64,000 nt of DNA. Origin: Cenococcum geophilum. Lineage: Eukaryota. The notes under the pieces are model-generated. The model saw only the letters and a list, made by a program, of their open reading frames with translations. It did no database searches and was not told where the DNA came from. Position numbers and translations under genes: made by a program. This document shows, piece after piece, positions 52,160 through 64,000 of the stretch (position 1 is the stretch's first letter; each line of letters starts with the position of its first letter). The stretch lies in contig CP158635.1 of assembly GCA_050273025.1 (NCBI GenBank), forward strand, positions 24,862,001 to 24,926,000. The letters run 5' to 3'.

Positions 52160-55100
52160 TTGATTTCCTTTGTGTACTTATATAGTCTACCAATCTACGG
52201 GATTTCCTTTCTTTTTCCTTTTGTAATTAAGAGCATTATATTAATTCTCTTACAACCCCCGCGTATATAAACGCGTCCCCTTCTCGGCTTAGTATCTTTA
52301 ATAGTTGCAATCTACAAGCTTTATCTTAGAGGCATTTATACGTGCCGTTACAGCACCCTATCGAAAATTAAACAATATTATATTATTATTAGCTCGCTTA
52401 TAGCCACTCAATAAAGAAGCTAATAAAGAGGGGGGTAGCCTGTTTATAATAACCCCTAGGCTACTAGTAAACCCTAGCTTACTAAACTCTACTTAGGTTT
52501 ATAAAGGCACTAAATAAGCAGAATATATTATTATTAGGAGGATATAGTTAGTACTAACGTTAAGTTCCCTTATTAAAGGCGGCTATATAGAACTTATAAT
52601 AAAGTTTCTTAAATAGGTTCCTGCATATAGCGTATTAAATGCTAACAATTTTTCGTCAAATCCCAAACAAGGCCAAATTGGCTAGCCCTATAACTAGAAA
52701 TCGAACTACTAATAAGTGTATAAAAGACCAGGCCTTTTATTAGTATTTAATATCAATATAAGGCCGTATTAGAATTGATATTGAAGCCGAATTTAGTATT
52801 AAAAGTTTACTATTAAAGAAGGACGATATAAAAGCTACGGCATACCAGGATGGATATAGAAAGCGCTAGATAGAACGGTACTAGTAGAGCCTAAGAACTT
52901 TATATTTTAAGGCTATATATAGTATATAACTAATATATGAGATAAATAGAGTATATAAAATTTTATTACTAATAAATGCGCACTTTATATAATCTAGGAA
53001 GGAAGAAGGATTAGAAGTAGTAGTAGAGTATAAAACTAGAAGCTTAAGTAGACCTATAACTGTACCTGCGTTCTTATACACTACTTAAAGCCTAGCGTTT
53101 CGGAAGACCTAGGTTTATCCATAGCCAATAATATATGAAATTTAGCGTATTGGTGCAACCAGTGCTTTTGTTAAAATAATAGTAACTATATATAAAAGAA
53201 CGGCACGACAAGTCATTTATAGATAACTAATCTTTGTCCGCAGACCAAGTATTAAAGTTAAGGGTAACGGAAATATCTAGCTGCTCCTGGCCTTAAAGAC
53301 CGCGATAAATAAGTATAAAACTCTAGAATATATAAAAATTTAAAACGTTATAAGAGAAAAAGTTGTTATCAAATTCTGTCCAAGCTATATCCCCTTAACA
53401 GTTAGGCTCCGTTTAGGCATAGAGTCTAATTAGGCTATAAACATCCTATATAGAGTTAGTAAAAGAGGTTTTAAATCCTAAGGAATTTCGTGCCCATCGT
53501 TTAGTGGTTATTATTTTGCGTTTAGTATAGTATAGACTTACAGCTCCTAGAGCTCTAAGTGCAAACGGACTAATTAGGTATAATAGTTTTATATTAAAAT
53601 AGAAGTATCGACTGGAAATCCTAGGTTAGGAACGAACTTATATATAGATTGATTTATGCGGAAAATAAGGCTATATATATATGGTGGATAAGTCACAGGC
53701 ACCCCTAATCTAACCCTAATATAGTAGTGATTAGCACTAGGTTAATAGGAAGTTTCTTTAGTTTAATAAAGCTAGTAATTAAAAAAGCTTCCTTTATATT
53801 ATAAGAATTAATAACTCTAAAAGAAAAAAAATACTATATAATTAATTTTGCAGATCTACAAGTAGTGCTGTACTTTTGGGCTTATTTGACCATAATCTTC
53901 CTTATATAACATTATATAATACAACCTTATCTACCTCCACCTTATCCACCTCATCCACCCCATCTATCTTTAAGCTATTATCTACTATGCTATTTGCATC
54001 TACCCCATACACTAGCAGCACACTTTGGCGCCCTATTACCGATCCCCTTCTCCTTAGCTTAGTATCTTTATATTATAAGGGCCTAATAAATCTAAGGGTT
54101 AGTATGCTAAAAAGCGGAGCCACCTTAAATAAGTCCTTTTTTTCTAAAGCTAGGCTTCCTAGCTTTTATAGTAGGGATATTCTCCTTAAGACTTAGACGT
54201 GTTATAGTAATGGCACTAGCTAGTTTTAGAGTTGCAGTATTATACTAGCCTTACTAAGTGATAATTATAAACATAGTATCTACTTCTAAAAATTATTAAA
54301 GCGATAATTTATATCTTAGTAAAGGACTAAAGCTAAGCCCTTTTAGAACTTATATCTTAGCTCTATGCTCCGCTAGCGACTTAGTTAATTAAGGCACGAG
54401 TATAGCAGGAAGGACATACGCAAGCCTATATAATTAGATTATCTATTAACAAGAATCTAAAGCTAGAGAAAGGAAAGGAGAAGAATAGTAGTGCTGCTTA
54501 AAGTTTTATACAATCCTCTAGTTATATAACCGCAATCTACCGCAATCTACCGTTTTCTGCCAGTACTGTAATATGCTTAACAGTTTCATACTTAACAAGA
54601 TATAGTAATACAAATTATAATAATATAAAGGCCACTAAACTAATAAAAAGAAGTATATAATTGGATAAAAGGTATTTCGAATAAATTCCAAGATCGTTTA
54701 GTTTAGGTATAGTCTTAATCTCTAGAGACTCCAGATTTGGCACAATATTATTGTTTAGTTTAGGTATAGTCTAAATCTCCAGATACTTACTAGACTTAGC
54801 ACGGATCTTCATATCCGCATAGAAAAATTCCACGCTTATATCCTTACTTTAGGTATAGAATGTAATACGTTATTTATATATAGAGCTATTTAACTAGAGT
54901 GCCGACAGTTAATAAGCTTTTGTAATTAGCTAATTATAGAGTCCCTTTAGAATTCGGACCGCTAAAAGTTGGTCAAAATCTTAGTCATTATTCTATTGCT
55001 TTAAGAGGACATAAAGTATATCTAGATTTCTTTTGCTATACATTAGAGAGAATATTATAAAAATATTTATAGGGCGTTAACGTACTCGGCTGTATTCCCT

Positions 55101-57677
55101 TAAAAGGTATGTTTAATAAGAAGTGCTAGCTTATCGCCCGGAATGCAGAGCGAGAAGACTCTATAAATGGTTTTCTTTTTCTTCTAGACTTTAATAACGG
55201 ATTCTGAATTGGACTTATTAATAGGCACTACGGTAAAAGTCCTAGGGGCTTTAGGACTATTAGGTATAAGGCAAATATACACTACTCTATTATACGCTAC
55301 TATGCTAGACTAAGGGGTTATAGTTTGAACTAAGCTAGTATTATCCGCAATGGCATCTATCTTAAGTGTTGGAAACTTTAGGGTTTAGAGGCTATATTTT
55401 AAAAAGAAAGCGTAGACTAGAAGTTATAAAGTTACTAAAAATACGTAGATTAAAAGCTTAAAGGGTTCCGCAGCTAAGAGACTCTAGCTATATAGTTTAG
55501 GGGCTGGGGCTATATAGGGAGCAGTTAAAGGGCAAGTGTAACATCCGGAAGCGGATATCCGTAGTAGGATATATACATTCTAGGTTGAGTGGTATGGGGC
55601 TAAAGATTGTGGGTCTTAGAGGCGTTTAAATTACGCAAGTGTGTCCTAAAATAGCCCGAAGACGTAGAATATACACTTACTACGGCCCTAACTACAGCTA
55701 GATATTACATTCTGCCTATATCTCTTCAGCGAGAGCAAAGGCAATATAGACCTAAAATCTCCTAGAGCTAAGGCAGACTTATTAGCTTTTAAGCCACAAA
55801 AAGAGATTTAACATAATTTAGTATAGGCAGCCCTAAGATGTAGATATATTATAGGACAAGCCCCTTTATATAGATATAGTCCTCTAGATTAAACTGTAAG
55901 GTGCCTGCGCTCTTAGCGAAGTCTTACTAAAGTAGGCTTAGCCCGAAACTGCTTTAGCTAAGCCACTCTAGGGACAACAAAGCGCTTCGGGAATATAACT
56001 GTATAAAAATATCCTAAAAAAGCATATAGATAGAGCTATTCCTATTATCTCTTTCTCTTTTAAAGGTATAGTAATACGATATATTACCTTATGTTATAGT
56101 CGGTTATAGGCTATAGAAAGCCTATAATAGTAGAATAGGGTTATAATAATGGAAAAGAAGTAAATAGATAACGTGGAGGAAATTTATAGACTTTAGATTG
56201 CGTACAAAATGCGATTCGTTAGATATCCCTTTAAACGCTAGTATAGGGCTATGTAACTAAGTCTAAGCAAATATATCCGCTCTAGTCTTAGGACCATTTA
56301 TAGGTTTTAAGGAAGCCTTTACCACTTAATAAGGCAAAGCTAGGCATAATAGTTAGATCTTAAAAAGCTAGTAAATAGACCGTATTAGGCAGCAATAGTA
56401 GATCATATTTATAGTAATCTTTTTAGACTAGGTTAAAGTTGAAGTAAAGTAGAGTAGAGTGGACTACTGGCCTTAATAGGCAAGTGTTAATCCTGTTTAG
56501 GAATAAGTTAAACTATAAGTAGAGTAAATTCAAGCTTAAATCCACTCCACTCTAGTTAAAAAAGATCACTAGAGGGGAATAAGGGAAGGAGAGGTTATAT
56601 TACCATTTAATATATAAATAGATGTAATGCTTTATATCCTAAAATAATATTTTTACTATCTATCCAAAAATACCGGTCTTAAACTGGAGTAAAATATTAT
56701 GTAGGCATCTATATAGGATCTACTATGAAAAATCTATTTGCTATAGGAGTTCTATATATAATAAATACCCTATTGCTTATGTATTAAGAGAAGCCTAAAA
56801 ATTAAAACGTAAATAAGCCTTTTCTTAAGTAAAATGCGGTATAAAAAGGAGTTATTTTAGGTCTGCTATACCTTGCTTAGTATTTACCCGCTTTTCCCTA
56901 GGCTTACGCCTTTGCTAGATACTATTTAACTACATTATAATTATAAGGCTGTTTAAAATTATAAGAATAATCTCAATAATAGTGAGGGCGGGTAGCGATG
57001 CGCTATAATAGTTATTTTTACGGGTCGTTGACATGGCCACTCTAATGAGGAGTTTATAGCTATGTCTATTAGTTAATTTAGCCGTAAGCTAAGGAATATA
57101 CCTTACTTTAGTTTTTTAAGAATTTAGCGCAGTTTAGCAGCTCTATGTGTGGTAGTAGGTGGCAATCAGATTTGCGTAGATAAAGTTTAAAAAATATTAG
57201 CAGCTAATAGAAGCATATAAGGTAACTTTTATATCTAGGGTTTAACAGGATATCTTAGCCGTTACACAAGATATTAGTAGGGATAGGTAGATTAGGTGGA
57301 TCAGGTGGATTAGGTAGATTAAGTGGGTAACTAGGTATAAATTAGGTAGATTAAGGGGATAACGGACCGAGTAGGTCGGTATAAGGTCCATAGTTATAGG
57401 GCTATAATAGCAGTTAGATTTACGCCACTTTTTTAAGTGCGTAGGAGAGATATATAGGGCCTAGAGTGCCTTGCATTTTAAGACTCTCTCCTTTCTAGGC
57501 CGACTTTAGTATTTAAGCCTTCCATTCCAAGGCAGATTTCCATATCTCCTTATTAAAAAGAGGCCTATAAAGCAAGTACACTACGCTTTTATAGAAGAAA
57601 CTATTGCAAACTATCTTGTTTTATATAGAACCAATAGGCAAGACTCTTATTTAAGTTATCTTTTACAAACTTGCCTT

Positions 57678-58379
57678 ATATCTGAGTCATCCCTAGACTT
57701 CTAGTCTATTACTACGCCCTTAATCGCTATGACTCCTATTGAAATCCCTGCCGAACTAGCTGCGATTCTAATCGTTTTAAGTCCTATCGGAATTCCCGCC
57801 GACTCTACGCCTACCGCCCTAAGCATCACAACTCCTATTAAAAAATCCGCTAAACCTATCGTTATAGATAAGCACCCTAACTTCATCGTCTATTAGCCAC
57901 CAACTATACCGTCCATACGTGCTATTACTGGAAAATCTATCTTCCTTGCTAGTAGCATCAAAAGTAGTAAAGCGATAGAATGGCAAAAGGATATTATAAA
58001 GCTCCTTAAGCCGTGTGGAATCACAGTTCTAAACCCACAGCGTAATAACTAGGATAGTTCTCTACCGCAAGATAAACTTAATGGAGAAGTGTAGAGGTAA
58101 ATTAAATGGGAGTCTAACGGCTTAGAGCGCGCCACAGTAATTGCCATATTCTTTGATCTAAATACTATATCGCCGATATCCTTATTAGAGCTTAGCGAGT
58201 ACGTAAAGGATAGGAAGTTAGTAGTTTGTTATCTAAAGGGATATTTTAGGTAGGCTAATATACAGTTTACTTGTTAGAAATATGGGGTGAAGTAAATAGA
58301 GACGCTAGAGGAGCTAGCTAATGAGGTAATTGAAAAGGTAGGGAGCAGTAAGGGGTGTGGCAATTACAATAATAAATAA
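57678..58379 (+). pseudogene. Nucleoside 2-deoxyribosyltransferase-like protein (Nuc_deoxyri_tr2 type)
   Basis: KSIFLASSI...EWQ...TVLNPQRNNxDSS...IKWE..GLERATVIAIFFD..TISPISLLELS...KLVVC..GYFR.AN. Confidence 0.85.
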
Positions 58380-58834
58380 GTCTCCTATTTTAATTATTTA
58401 CAAGTCTTAGTGTCTAAGTAATGTTAGGGGTGACCTATCTTACTTAGACTGCTAGAGGGTTATAAATTATAGTTATTACACGGGCTTAGAATATGTCTAT
58501 TTATAGTAGTAATCTTTTATAGTTTTAAATGAAATTGTATTTGTCTAGAAAAATGACTCGCACCTTAATACCACTACTCTATTTCTATTATTGTCGCTCT
58601 TTTTTAGTTAACATTTCTAGAACCGTTTACTTATATTCGGCTAAAGGATACAACTTTTATAATTAGAAAAAGGTAATAAGTTTCCATTTAAGGTTAGAGC
58701 AAAGAGGCAGGCATTTTCTTACAGCCATTAAGTTTTAAAAGTAATAGGTGCTAAAAAAAAGGCGGTCTCTACTTATATAAAGCCCGAACTATACGCGCGA
58801 ATTTATCCATATCTTACCATTAGTTAGACTTAGT

Positions 58835-59500
58835 ATGGCCTTTACTAAAGAAATGCAAAACTAATCGCTAGAAGAGGATGAAACGGATATAGCTATTAAA
58901 GGCTGGCGACTATTTAGTTTAACTAAACATAGTTTAACTAAACAATACTTAATCAAATACGGCTTAGAAAAGGCCCCAATTTATAGGCTTATCTCGTCTA
59001 TGAATATACCTTAAGAATTGCTAGCAGACTATAATGATCCGGCTAAGGAAGATATTAGCGATCTAGGAAATAGCTACTGTAAGAAAATAAACAATGGGGA
59101 ATCACACCTTACTATACGGAATCTTGGCGCTATAATAGGAATTACGTGGTCCGTTAGAAGAGGAAGAGGGGAACCTAATAATATTAACCCTAAGAAGTTA
59201 GGCGTTTATCTAAAAAATATATTTATCTTAGTAAGATGGATAATAGAGGGTACTAGAGAGGGTACTAGAGAATAAAAATAGGAGAGTGCTGTATCTCTAG
59301 CTAAGCTCTAGCGGTACGATAAGGATATCTAGATATATTTATATTTGTGCGCTTAAGAAGCTAAAAGTAGGTATAAATTAGAGAATTATGGTGAATTCTA
59401 GCTAGCCATAGGAGATAACCGTAAAAGGTATCTTTAATTTATTAAGATTTCAACACTATTCTCTTAGGCATTAAATTTCTAGCTTTATTTTCGCGTTAAT
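58835..59500 (+). pseudogene. Hypothetical protein
   Basis: ATG at 58835; IKGWR...QYLIKYG..KAPIYRL...IIGITW...FILVRW...xES...LY..A; includes ORF 59018-59275. Confidence 0.5.
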
Positions 59501-60310
59501 TTACAGAATATAGAATATAAGATAGTAGTAAGCTTAGAACTATTTTAAATATAGTACAGCTAAATTCTAATTGGTTTATAATGTTAAGGCGAGAAATACT
59601 ATTGGCGTCATTTAACTACTACTATATATTCCAAAGATAGCCCTAATTGAATCTTAAAGGCTATTTATTTAAATACCCTATAAATTTATCTTACTCCCTT
59701 CTTTTCCGTTAACATTAAGACTTAAATATTTGTTAGTTATCCTATATTAACATAGTATTAATAGGGTTATTAAGTTACTTACTTCCGAATGTCTAAAGCT
59801 AGTACAGTAAAGGCCGAATTTATTGCTAAATAAGTTATGCGCGAAGTATTAGATGCTGCTAAAGAGGTTAAAGTAGTTAGATTTGCTAAAGCTATTAAAG
59901 TCACTAAGGTCATTAAAACCGTAACCGGTAAAGTAGTTTACGTTAGGCCTTTTTATTGTATATAAAGGATGATATAGTCATCGTAAGGGATATTAAGAGA
60001 ATTACTACGGCCTCGGCAGCCGCGTCTATAATTTAGATATAAGAATATAGCAAAGTTCTTTATTACGACGTAAGGATTACTTAGGAGATTGAGGTAGAGT
60101 TATAAATACCTAAAAATTGAATACTACTACGGTTATAAGTTGCAATACTTATATCTATAAGCATTAAAATAAATCTTATAATTCTAGTAAGTTATTTATA
60201 ACCTAAGAACTGCCTATAAATAATCTAACCTACTACTCTTAGTAAGACGTAGATAGGTGAAGTTAGTAGGTAAAATAGATAGGTGAAGTAGGTAGGTGGT
60301 GCTACTAGGA

Positions 60311-60486
60311 TAATATAGGGGATAATGTAAGGGATAATACAGGGCATAATGCAGGGAATAATGCAGGGTATAATATAGGGAATGATGTAGGGCATAATAT
60401 AGGGAATAATGCAGGGCATAATATAGGGAATGATATAGGGTATGATGCAGGGAATAATGTAGGGCATGATACCGGGGATAATACCA
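60311..60486. repeat. 12-bp minisatellite (~15 units, pre-RIP consensus ATGATGCAGGG[A/C])
   Basis: ataatgcaggga / ataatataggga / atgatgtagggc ... in tandem. Confidence 0.92.
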
Positions 60487-60650
60487 AAGATAAATTAGGT
60501 AATAGGTAGGGGATAAGTTACTATCAAAGCTCTATAGAGAATTTAAAAATAGTAAATTTAATATCTACGTATAACCTTGCCTTTTGATAAAAATATAACA
60601 TTTTAGTCTTGTTTTGTAAAGGCAAATAATATTAACTAAGTAAAGATACT

Positions 60651-63600
60651 CTAACGATGTTTTTTGCAAAAGTCTCTATTAAAGTATACTAATGGCCTCT
60701 TTCGCGTCGGAATACTTAGGATAGAGCAGTCGCACTTATAATAAAAGACTTCCTTAGGGTTAGAATGGCCAGGTTCGCCAAAGTCGGTATTAAGTCTCTA
60801 TCGCTTAACAAACTAAGTAATTGAATTGGGAAAGCCACTAATCTTCTAGCGGTATAACTGATTTAACTGCAAGTATATAGTTACTTTCTGACTAAGGTAA
60901 TAGACGGGGAATCTAACGGCCTTATTATAGATTCCACAATCTATACATAGATCACCCTTATTTAGATTACCCAAGTTAGTGTTTTGATTAGTTAAGAACT
61001 GGGTAGACGGGAATTTTTATACTAAATCACAGACCAGCGCTTAGGCATTTAGACTCTAACAATATATAAATCCATAACATTCGTACCAACGCCCTTAAAA
61101 GCTTAGCATCTCGCTTAATTTGAAGAAGAAAGAGGCCGACTATAGTGCTTATTTAATGGCTAGAAGGATATATTGTTATAACTGAAGATATAGATGCGTT
61201 TCCCTTTAAAGATCTACTATTTTACCTATCTCGTCTAGTGCGGGCTAGTATTTAAAGGGTATATTAATCCGGAAGTAGCTTCCCAAAGCTTCCTTATCCA
61301 CTAGTAGTGACTTAAGTCGATTTAAATGCTTAACGTGGTTATTTTAAGCTACTAGTATAGTCCTAAACGACCTTAGGAGCTAAGGTATAGGACTATTCTA
61401 AAAACTATATTATATAGATGGGGCTCTAGGGGAACTAGGCTGTTAAGTAAACCCTAAACTAATAGATACGGTCAGATTAGGGTCCGCGTTAAAGGCAATA
61501 CAACTCTCCCAATAGATTAGATCTATAGGGTTGTTATACTTTCTAATACCCCTATCTTAAATAAAACCGACAGTAGGGATAAACTTGGCTAAAAAGATAC
61601 TAGATAAATCTGTTAGAACTTTAACAGAGTAAGTAAGAGTATATTAAACGTATATGGGTGTAGCAGACGTAGCTTATGCACTATAAATTATTAGTCTATA
61701 TATATAAATGAGATAATTGAAACTTACGCTTATTATATTAATACTTTATTACAAGGATTAGTCGATCTAATGTGCTTATAACCTAGCTGTATATTAGGAT
61801 AGAGTTTAAATAGCTTAGGTTAAATTTACCGCAATCTTTTCGACGTTCTAATACGCTATTATAATTCGATAATATGTATAGCGCGCCCTTGGATATTGTT
61901 ATGGCTATTATAGCAACTTTTATACTGGACGTCTTAAACTTCACCATATCGAACAGCCGGTCATTTATTCCAAATACATCTTTAAGACAGAACTTAAGTT
62001 TAGCAACCTTAGAACGGCTTTTAGTAAGCCAAAAACCTAAAAACGAAATCATATAAAAGTATAGTAAAAGCCTAGCAAGACGCTGTATAGCGAAAACTCG
62101 TTCAGCTAGCGTCTTAAATATAAAAATGCAATTTTAGATACTCTGTCGTATCCGGAAAAGCTAGAAAACAGCAAGACCTCCTATAAAAGTTAGTTTATTC
62201 TATATTATTATATAATTAAACCCTACCTAAACTAGTACTTAGAGCGAAGTCGAAATCATCCTAAAGGGGATATAGGAGGTCCTAAACTTGCTCTAGATTT
62301 CTTAGTATTAGCAGTAATAGCTCTCCTTAGACGCCGCCTCTATTAATCGCTAGTAAATAAGTACTAGCAGTTAGTAGAAGGAGCTTTACTCCCAGCGGCC
62401 CTTTAGATTGGCATAATATGCACTTAGAGACTTTAAAGTAATATTTAATGCCTTGTATCGGCGTGCTATATCTATAGACGCAAATATTATATATTAAATG
62501 TCTATAAATAAGTGTATGTTCTGGTTTTCTGCGAAGGCAGAATAGGCAAGTTCTATTTAACTTTAGTTAGGGAATGCTCTATTTAAGTTCCTGTAGATTC
62601 TGCTAGTATAGCTAGAAAGAAGGGATGTTATCTATATTTAAATTAGATAGCATAGTTACGAAATTATCCTTTATTAAGCGACACTAGTTATAAGCTAACA
62701 GGTGCTGAAAATAATACTATTTAAGATATACTGCTTAGTAGTAATCGTAATAGAGAGTTTAGAAAAGGGCTCTAGAATAAAAACCTTATATATTTAGTAA
62801 CTAGCAGGAATTAAGGGTCTTAAAATCTTACAATATATTCTAGGGGGAGAACTATCTACAAAAATAGCTGAGGCAATATACGTAGCGGCGTTATTAAGGG
62901 AGACTTTATGCTAATAACAGAGTTATAGGAATAAGCCTAGGTAGGCGGAAAACTAATCGTCAATGTTATTTTCTTCCCTAAACGCACGGAAGAAACTAAA
63001 AGGTAAACTTGTAGTTGTGGTGAAATAAATCAACGCTTTATAGAAAAATGCTCAAAGGTAAGTTACGGAGAATAGTGCCTGCTCAGTAATTTTTGCTCGT
63101 CAAGTATAGTCAGCCTCTTGTAGTAGAGCATCTTTAAGTAGAAAGTAGCGCGTGGTTAGCGATACTTCCATAGCATCTAGCAAGGCTATAATTGTTACAC
63201 TAGAGAAGGATTTTAACACGTCTAGTAAGCTCTTAATAAAGTCCGCAGAGTTAACTATTTGTGTAACGATGATAATAACATATAGTCGACTTATTACCAA
63301 TTCCTGGCCTCGTTTTACCCATCTATAAAGAAGATTTAAAACCTCTTCCAAACTTAAGAAATCCTCTGCAAAAAGGCAAAGGACGTTAGTAAAGGGGAGA
63401 AGCAATAGCGAGTAGATCCTATCAACCATATCTTTAGTCTTAGGCTTGGGATATTAGTCGCTAACCCAGTCAAGCCTATACCGCTTAGTCTTATGACAGC
63501 AGTCTACCGTTTTACTAAGTTTAATAAGAAGGTTTTCTAGATTAGCCTCGGCGAAGAGCATTAGATTTTCAGCGCCTGCGGTAGTTAGGTCAATATTCAG

Positions 63601-63828
63601 CCTAATTATACCTTAAACGCTACGCCGTTTATAGTTAATCGCGGGAAAGAGAGCTCTTAGTGCTTGTTTTTTATTCTTCTTTCCGATAAAAAGGAGTAAA
63701 GATAGATACTAAGTGTCTGCGTGCGTTATATCGGCTATAAGTTTTTAGAGTTATCCCTTATAGGTTATCAACCACTTATTACAATCCCTATAGAGTTTTA
63801 ACCACTTGTTATACGAACAGGTAATTAT
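60651..63828 (-). pseudogene. Patatin-like phospholipase (Starship auxiliary-type, long N-terminus with RING-like Cys cluster)
   Basis: LLLPFTNVLCLFAEDF; IASAIFVDSSPP; NRTCLFCLRRKPEHTL; LAINRGGVxG (DGGGxRG); FDFALSTSLG (GTSSG); AxATSATP; xDRG (DGG); SASFFFKL; KISGFP. Several introns. Confidence 0.9.
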
Positions 63829-64000
63829 ATTAGCAGAAACGGGTTCTAAAACGAAAGCTAATCTTTAGGCTAAATGGAATTTTTCTATTTTATATTGCTG
63901 CGTATATCTTTAGTTACTCTTTTTTAATGGTATAATTAATTAGCCGGCCACTACCTTTCTACTACTAACCTACCTAGCTATATCCCCAGACTATAATAAA

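Larger units (their letters stand above)
32300..64000 (+). mobile_element. Derelict Starship-like giant transposon (boundaries not defined)
   Basis: DUF3435 captain followed by RIPped cargo that includes a patatin-like phospholipase, a recognised Starship auxiliary gene class. Termini and direct repeats not identified. Confidence 0.7.

Noticed and set aside
60225..60487. Repeat array as CRISPR, or the PYII-repeat ORFs as real genes
   Set aside because: No unique spacers, eukaryotic context; ORFs are by-products of a minisatellite.
60657..61600. Long plus-strand frame with RIP-like stops
   Set aside because: Antisense of the patatin gene's last exon.

Overview
AT-rich fungal (Pezizomycotina-type) DNA heavily mutated by repeat-induced point mutation (RIP: C->T/G->A, TpA excess, many Gln/Trp codons turned to stops). 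I found no intact protein-coding gene; most ORF-track entries are fragments or antisense shadows. Reading through the RIP stops by hand gives the following picture. (1) Three Ty3/Gypsy chromovirus relics: two head-to-head at 1-7479 and one complete element at 25250-31438 with a TTACC target-site duplication (TSD). (2) A less-RIPped gene block at 7.5-32 kb: Nudix hydrolase, Myb, a C2H2+Zn2Cys6+Myb+Zn2Cys6 chimeric regulator, a Crypton tyrosine recombinase fragment, a Ras C-terminal fragment, a Fungal_trans TF, and MULE-like and Tc1-like non-autonomous elements. (3) From ~32.5 kb, a derelict Starship-like giant element: a DUF3435 'captain' tyrosine recombinase, a tail-to-tail stand-alone RNase III-domain gene, then F-box/ankyrin, GT32, nucleoside 2-deoxyribosyltransferase-like, several unknown genes and a patatin-like phospholipase. 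The most interesting signals are the captain/Mini-III-like RNase pair, the multi-DBD regulator, a dispersed palindromic motif and a pair of long hairpins. Protein identities come from manual translation and motif recall, not database searches; pseudogene boundaries are approximate.
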